Part shown: positions 58,912-64,000 of the stretch, in pieces
How the letters are laid out: each line of letters opens with the position of its first letter
Position numbering within the stretch: the stretch's first letter is position 1
Source of the DNA: Candidatus Latescibacterota bacterium
GTDB lineage: Bacteria; Latescibacterota; UBA2968
NCBI GenBank assembly: GCA_965204745.1
Contig: OZ242010.1
Coordinates: 4,096,001-4,160,000, forward strand
Direction: 5' to 3'
DNA length: 64,000 bases
The notes under the pieces: model-generated
Databases searched by the model: none
What the model was told of the DNA's origin: nothing
Seen by the model: only the letters and a program-made list of their open reading frames with translations
Position numbers and translations under genes: made by a program

Positions 58912-60087
58912 ATGGCAGATTTCGATCTTGCGGTTGAGCAGATCACATTCGGTCCCAAACATCACTTTTTTGGATACATAGGCCAATCGCAGACCATCCC
59001 TTGGAATCAAAGTGGTCGCTATATCGTGGCGTTGCAAAGCGCGTTTCAGGATCACATGCCCGGGCCTGGCGAGGCCGCGGATGTGATTTTGATCGATGTG
59101 GAAAATGACCATGGGATCCGCGTGGTCGATCAGTCGCAGGGGTGGAATCCACAGCAGGGCACGATGTTTTACTGGAATCCGGAATCGCCCGAGACGCAGT
59201 TCTTTTTTAATGACCGCGACCCCGACACGCAGAAGGTTTTCACGGTGTTGTTCGACATTGCAAGGGGCGAGCGCGTCCGCGAGTATCGGTATGCGGATAC
59301 GCCGTTTGGCAACAGCGGCGTGGCGCAAAATGGCGGGTATTTTTTGGGCTTGAATTACGCGCGGATGGCGAGGTTGCGCCCGGTGACCGGCTATCTCGGC
59401 GCCGCGGATTGGACCGAGGGCGTGGCGCATCCGGAGGACGATGGGATTTTTAAGGTCGATGTGCGTACGGGCGAAAAGGCGTTGATCGCGTCGTTTGCCC
59501 AACTGCGGGATGCCCTGCGGGACGATCATCCGGGGGTGGAAGACAAGCATCTGTTTATCAACCACACCCTTTGGAGTCGGGATGATGATCGGATTTATTT
59601 TTACGCACGGGGCAATTTCAACAGACGTGCGGAGCGGCTCAACGTGCCTTTTACAGTGCATCCCGATGGCAGTGGCTTGACGATTCAAGAGGTGTTTATC
59701 GGGGGGCATCCCGAATGGTTGGAAGGCCACGAGATGCTCGGGCACAATGCGGATGAGTTGGTGGTGTACGACGCGGATCAACAACGCATTGTGAGGACCT
59801 TGGGGGACCGCTCTGTTTTTCCCGATCCAGGCGGCGACAATGCGTTTTCCCCAGATGGAAAATGGATCGTCAATGGTTCGGGGCCAAAAGGCGGCACGAT
59901 TTACGTTATGTATCGCATGGGCGATGGCGCGTGGGCACGAACCGAGCGATACGATCAAGGGGCGTGGCTATCGGGCGATTTGCGGAGCGACCCCGCGCCC
60001 TGCTGGAATCGCACGAGCGATCAGGTGTTGTTCCCATCTGTTTCCAGCGATGGCACGCGCCAGTTATTCGTCATGACCCGGCAATAG
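58912..60087 (+). CDS. TolB-like beta-propeller protein
   Basis: GAGGAG RBS; HHFFGY, WNPQQG, AFSPDGKWI and DPAPCWN. Confidence 0.7.
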   Translation: MADFDLAVEQITFGPKHHFFGYIGQSQTIPWNQSGRYIVALQSAFQDHMPGPGEAADVILIDVENDHGIRVVDQSQGWNPQQGTMFYWNPESPETQFFFNDRDPDTQKVFTVLFDIARGERVREYRYADTPFGNSGVAQNGGYFLGLNYARMARLRPVTGYLGAADWTEGVAHPEDDGIFKVDVRTGEKALIASFAQLRDALRDDHPGVEDKHLFINHTLWSRDDDRIYFYARGNFNRRAERLNVPFTVHPDGSGLTIQEVFIGGHPEWLEGHEMLGHNADELVVYDADQQRIVRTLGDRSVFPDPGGDNAFSPDGKWIVNGSGPKGGTIYVMYRMGDGAWARTERYDQGAWLSGDLRSDPAPCWNRTSDQVLFPSVSSDGTRQLFVMTRQ

Positions 60088-60097
60088 GAAGGACATT

Positions 60098-61132
60098 ATG
60101 AACAAAAGCGAATCGCGTTGTTTTGCGGGATTGGACATCGGCGGGACGAGTGTGAAATCCCTGCTCGTAGATGCGTCTGGCAATCGGTTGGGCGAGATGG
60201 TGGAAGTGTCCAGCCGCGTCAAGGAGGGGTACGCGGCCACGTTTGACCAACTCGAAAAAGCCCTGGCGTTGCTGACAGAGCAAGCCGGGCGCAGGCGGTC
60301 TGATATCGCGGGAATCGGCTTGGATGTGCCCGCGCCGAGCAGTGGGGGCATCATTCGGGTGCAGGCCAACTTGGGCGGGGATTGGGTGGGTGTGAATATC
60401 CGCGAGTCATTTGCCGCGCGCGTGGCCGCGCCCGTGTACATGACGAATGATGGCAATGCAGCGGCAGCAGGGGAATACGCGGCCCGACCGGATACCGAGG
60501 ATGGCTTGTTGCTCATCGCGCCCGGCACGGGCCTAGGCGGGGGATTGGTCTTGCCCGGCGGGCAGATTTACGAAGGTGCGAATGGTCTCGCGCTAGAGGT
60601 GGGCCATGCGTCTGTGCCATTTCGGGAAGCCGATGGCGCGTTGCCAGTGTGCTCGTGCGGCCTAAAGGGCTGCGCGGAGACCTGGGTTTCCCTGATGGCG
60701 TTGCGGCGGCGATTGGGCATTGAATTGACCAAGGACAACTGGCGAGGCCACGCGCTGAACACCTCGTCCGCGTCCATTGAAGAGAAGGCGTATCAACTCC
60801 GCGATTACGCCGAACGGGGCGACGCGCTCGCCATGTCGCTCTTTTTGGAGCAGGCGTTCATTCTCGGGCATGCCATCGCCAGTTGGGTGCGCCTGTTCGA
60901 TCCGGGGCTCGTGGTGCTCGGCGGGGGCCTTGCCGAGACGTCTTTCCGCGACCGGTATATGGCGCGGGTGATCGAGGGATTCGAGGATGGAAGTTGGCCG
61001 ATCTACCTCACCAGTCCCTCTGATTCACAGGCCATTGCAACGCGATTTGAATGGGCACGCGAAGGAGATTCCGCCGCCGCGCTGGGCATGGCATTTGTCG
61101 CACGCGCGGTGTTTGGAGAAAAACTCGTCTGA
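60098..61132 (+). CDS. ROK-family sugar kinase
   Basis: GLDIGGT, NDGNAAAAGE, GTGLGGG, EVGH and CSCGLKGCAE. Confidence 0.92.
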   Translation: MNKSESRCFAGLDIGGTSVKSLLVDASGNRLGEMVEVSSRVKEGYAATFDQLEKALALLTEQAGRRRSDIAGIGLDVPAPSSGGIIRVQANLGGDWVGVNIRESFAARVAAPVYMTNDGNAAAAGEYAARPDTEDGLLLIAPGTGLGGGLVLPGGQIYEGANGLALEVGHASVPFREADGALPVCSCGLKGCAETWVSLMALRRRLGIELTKDNWRGHALNTSSASIEEKAYQLRDYAERGDALAMSLFLEQAFILGHAIASWVRLFDPGLVVLGGGLAETSFRDRYMARVIEGFEDGSWPIYLTSPSDSQAIATRFEWAREGDSAAALGMAFVARAVFGEKLV

Positions 61133-61208
61133 ATCGCGGATTTGGGGATTGCGCGGATTACCCGCTACCCCGCATCTGCTACATTCTTTTTTTAGCCATC
61201 AAAACATC

Positions 61209-61252
61209 GCCCCATCCGAGGTCGCCTAAGCGATTTCAGATGGGGCTTTTTC
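61209..61252 (+). terminator. Probable intrinsic terminator
   Basis: GCCCCATC...GATGGGGC followed by TTTTT. Confidence 0.6.
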
Positions 61253-61287
61253 TTCTCTATCCGCATTGCCTACGGGGATGGTAAGGC

Positions 61288-61833
61288 TCAAAAGAAGAAT
61301 TTGAGGCCCGCATAGACGCGGTCGATGTCTGTGGTGCGGTTGTCGGAGAAGACGAAATCGTGCTTGTAGTCGAGTCCGATACGCACCCTTTCGTGCAGGA
61401 TGATGTCGATGCCCGCGCCTGGGGCCAGGCCGAAGTTGCGGTCGCCCTGTTCGGGTGCGTACAGCCCGGCGTTGAGGGAGACGTGGTACACAAATGGGTC
61501 GAACACGTACGCAAAGCGCGAGCCGAGGCTGATGATGGACATGTTGCGGTCAGAGAGGTACGCATATCCCGCTTGAATGCCGAGCCATTCGTCCATTTCA
61601 ACACCGAGTTCGGCCCCGTAGAGAAACCCCGTGCGCGTGTTGTTGAGGTCCGTTTTGTCGAAAAAGCCAGAGCCAAAGGCCGTGTTGAGATAGAAGCGAT
61701 GGCGTTGCTCGCCGAAGGGATAGCCTCCTTGGCCAAATTCGCTTTCTTCTGCTCCATCCGTGCGCCCCGTTTGCGCGCTGGCTCCGCCCGTCAACAGCAG
61801 GGCGATAGCGAGTGTGAAAAGCATGCGTTTCAT
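61288..61833 (-). CDS. Small outer-membrane beta-barrel protein
   Basis: Signal peptide, alternating beta-strand pattern and terminal YAGLKFFF. Confidence 0.8.
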   Translation of the reverse strand: MKRMLFTLAIALLLTGGASAQTGRTDGAEESEFGQGGYPFGEQRHRFYLNTAFGSGFFDKTDLNNTRTGFLYGAELGVEMDEWLGIQAGYAYLSDRNMSIISLGSRFAYVFDPFVYHVSLNAGLYAPEQGDRNFGLAPGAGIDIILHERVRIGLDYKHDFVFSDNRTTDIDRVYAGLKFFF

Positions 61834-61976
61834 GGTGTTGCTCCTTTCCGGAATGGCGTTGTGCCAAGCCTGTGCCCGTTTGGGTGTCAGGCTTTTTGAT
61901 TTGTGTTTCGGGCGATCACGGGAGCATCGCCCCTACGGTTTTGATCTACGGCCAGCCGCGAGCCTTTGGGCGGCCT

Positions 61977-62042
61977 TCTCACCTCTCCCGTCTCACCTCT
62001 CCCGTCTCACCTCTCCCGTCTCACCTCTCCCGTCTCACCTCA
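61977..62042. repeat. Tandem 14-mer (TCTCACCTCTCCCG)x4.6
   Basis: Read directly; same unit as at 1316-1460. Confidence 0.9.
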
Positions 62043-62630
62043 TCACAACCCAATGCTGCGTTTTTTGTACGCTTTGCGGATTTCCTTTTCGTCTGTCCAG
62101 ATGATTTCAGACGTGACCAAGTCCGTCAGTTGGAAGGTGGCTTTGTAGTACACCAACTTTTCCTTGCCGACTTCCTGCACGTTCGCGCTAAGCGTGCCGG
62201 TCAAAATCATGTCTGACCCGGTCTGTTTGCCGGGGGCTTTGGCCTGCGCGGGATCCACATAGCCAGACTGCTGATACTCGTATTCCGAGGCGATGTCTCG
62301 GCGGTTGGTCACATCGACAAAGCGCACTTTGCCGCTCTGGATCAATGCGGTTTTGATTTTGTCAGACAGGGCCACCATGTCGATGTGTTCGGTGGTGCGA
62401 TTCCGCATTTTGCCGATCATGATGGCGGGTTGCTCCCCCTTCAGCGGAGCCGTGAGGATCGAGTTGACGACCTTTTTGGCGATGAGTTGCATGTCGTTTT
62501 CGTTGAACCGGTCGTCCAGCAAGGCGATGGTTTTGGGATCTTCGTACGTCCCTTTGGTAAAGGCCCTGGGCCCAGCGCATCCGGTTGCGATGCCGAACAG
62601 GGCAATGGCGGTCCAAATGGTGAATTTCAT
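62043..62630 (-). CDS. lpoB: Penicillin-binding protein activator LpoB-like lipoprotein
   Basis: Lipobox ATGC; NRTTEHID, SGKVRFV and EIIWTDEKEIRK. Confidence 0.85.
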   Translation of the reverse strand: MKFTIWTAIALFGIATGCAGPRAFTKGTYEDPKTIALLDDRFNENDMQLIAKKVVNSILTAPLKGEQPAIMIGKMRNRTTEHIDMVALSDKIKTALIQSGKVRFVDVTNRRDIASEYEYQQSGYVDPAQAKAPGKQTGSDMILTGTLSANVQEVGKEKLVYYKATFQLTDLVTSEIIWTDEKEIRKAYKKRSIGL

Positions 62631-62699
62631 GGCGTGTCTCCTCGTTGAAAAGTGGGGTTGATGAACGGTCTTAGAAGCGGTTTGATGACCCGCCCCGAT

Positions 62700-62820
62700 A
62701 GCTCGGTGTGTTTTGCTCCCCCGCCTCGTGGGAAGGGTATAAGGTCGAGCGGATCAAGCGGTCACAAGGCGATGTGTTTTGCTCCCCTTCCTCGTAGGAA
62801 GGGGCCGGGGGTAGGTCCGA
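62700..62820. repeat. REP-like hairpin pair
   Basis: TGTGTTTTGCTCCCC twice; CCCCTTCCTCGTAGGAAGGGGCCGGGGGTAGGTCC. Confidence 0.7.
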
Positions 62821-62821
62821 C

Positions 62822-63790
62822 TCACCGCCACTCGCATTCCATGCGCGCAGCGTTCATGTGCCATTTGTCGGGCAACATCACGTCTTGCTTGTAGCGGATG
62901 TACGCGCGGCAGTCTTGAATGGGGGAACTGACTGGGTAGTGCATGGCGTACGTTTGAACGCGGCCGAGGTCTGTTTTGGGTATCTCGTGGATGCGATAGA
63001 CGCCCGGGCGCGAAGAGGTGAAAATCCGAACGGTTTTGTCGCCGTGCGTTTTGAGGGGCACGGTGCCCGAAAAGGTGACGCGCCGGATTTTTCTCGGCAA
63101 CAAGGGATCGGTCGCGTCGATCAACGCATCCCGTTGCCACTGCCCGGCGAGCACGGTGTTCAAGTCCGCGGTGAAGACGCGCTCGATCTCGCCGTCTGGA
63201 ATGATGACGTAGAGAAAGCGATGGCGCGCGGTTTGGGACGTGCCATCAAAAGTCAAATAGACCGTGAAGGTGAGCGACTGGTTGGGCGCGAGCGCGTGTT
63301 TGGAAATGGCTTGGATGACCACGGGCGCGAGCCCGGCTCTTTTCAGCGCGATCAGACCTTCGGCAGACGCGTCGCCCGCGTACCGCCGCTCGGAGATCAT
63401 CAGCGCGATTTGATCGGGTTCAAAGCCGCTTTGCACCAGTTGCAACACGTCCTCGCGGGTGAAGGGGAGTTGCGCCGTGCGTTCATAGACCGCGGGCAAT
63501 TCTCCGCCATCCCATTCGACGAGGTTGACGACAATGCCCCGCGTGGGCGGCAAGTTCGCGTGTTCCGCGTCCGCGGTGGCAACGGATCGGGCCGTGCCCG
63601 ACATGACAACTCTGCGGAGGGGAGACTCCGCGCTCGCTGTAGAAACGATCAGCAAGCCAAAAAGGACGACCCACACCGGGTACTGATGTGAACCTTGCAT
63701 GCGTTCCTCCTTGTGGATTGGGGTGAAAACTCTCCGATTCGAGACGAGGTGGATGATGCGTTTCATTGTGATTCCTCCATCCGCGTTCAT
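62822..63790 (-). CDS. Hypothetical exported protein
   Basis: 322-aa ORF with ATGA coupling to the upstream gene; signal-like segment ending ASA|E (alternative start 63703). Confidence 0.65.
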   Translation of the reverse strand: MNADGGITMKRIIHLVSNRRVFTPIHKEERMQGSHQYPVWVVLFGLLIVSTASAESPLRRVVMSGTARSVATADAEHANLPPTRGIVVNLVEWDGGELPAVYERTAQLPFTREDVLQLVQSGFEPDQIALMISERRYAGDASAEGLIALKRAGLAPVVIQAISKHALAPNQSLTFTVYLTFDGTSQTARHRFLYVIIPDGEIERVFTADLNTVLAGQWQRDALIDATDPLLPRKIRRVTFSGTVPLKTHGDKTVRIFTSSRPGVYRIHEIPKTDLGRVQTYAMHYPVSSPIQDCRAYIRYKQDVMLPDKWHMNAARMECEWR

Positions 63791-64000
63791 TGATAGACCC
63801 TGTGATTCAAGAACGTGCGCTGGCCGGGGTGGATTTCGACAGTGCTAAATGTCTCGATTTCGATGATCCGACCGTTGGCGTCAAGGGCTTCGAGGGTGAT
63901 GGCGTGCGTGCCCGGCGGCAGTTCGATGCGGCCGATTTGGATGTTGTGCGGGAGGGAGACCCAACTGCGCGTGTCCGCGATTTCAGTGGCGACATTGAGC
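63787..64000 (-). CDS. C-terminus of a COG3014-like lipoprotein (partial; not in the ORF track)
   Basis: My translation: LNVATEIADTRSWVSLPHNIQIGRIELPPGTH...RVYQ*; the ADTRSW motif and lpoB context fit. Confidence 0.7.
   Translation of the reverse strand, partial: LNVATEIADTRSWVSLPHNIQIGRIELPPGTHAITLEALDANGRIIEIETFSTVEIHPGQRTFLNHRVYQ

Overview
High-GC bacterial chromosome segment. Its dockerin/EF-hand-tipped surface proteins and dense REP-like repeats resemble marine or sponge-symbiont FCB-type genomes such as Latescibacterota, but this taxonomy is a weak inference. Two divergently oriented giant secreted repeat proteins dominate the window: 4140 aa at 5586-18008 (-) and 2549 aa at 29026-36675 (+). 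Each sits in a self-contained cassette of sigma70 promoter, a conserved 50-codon leader ORF running into a C19/C20 homopolymer, the CDS and a terminator. Each cassette is bracketed by the same inverted REP-derived end (GGAATTGGGACCTACCCCCTRGCCCC). The two share a near-identical C-terminus and 3' flank, so about 32 kb is enclosed in long inverted repeats. This looks like a phase-variable, module-shuffling adhesin system. Between them lies a complete IS607 element with a DPG-type (Fanzor-like) TnpB whose empty site can be rebuilt exactly. The rest holds metabolic and transport genes, tRNA-Gly(GCC), a dockerin/cohesin-like surface protein, a low-GC K+-channel plus GIY-YIG pair next to an orphan hicB, a Schlafen/AlbA_2 protein and several repeat families. 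All calls come from motif recognition by eye; no searches were run.
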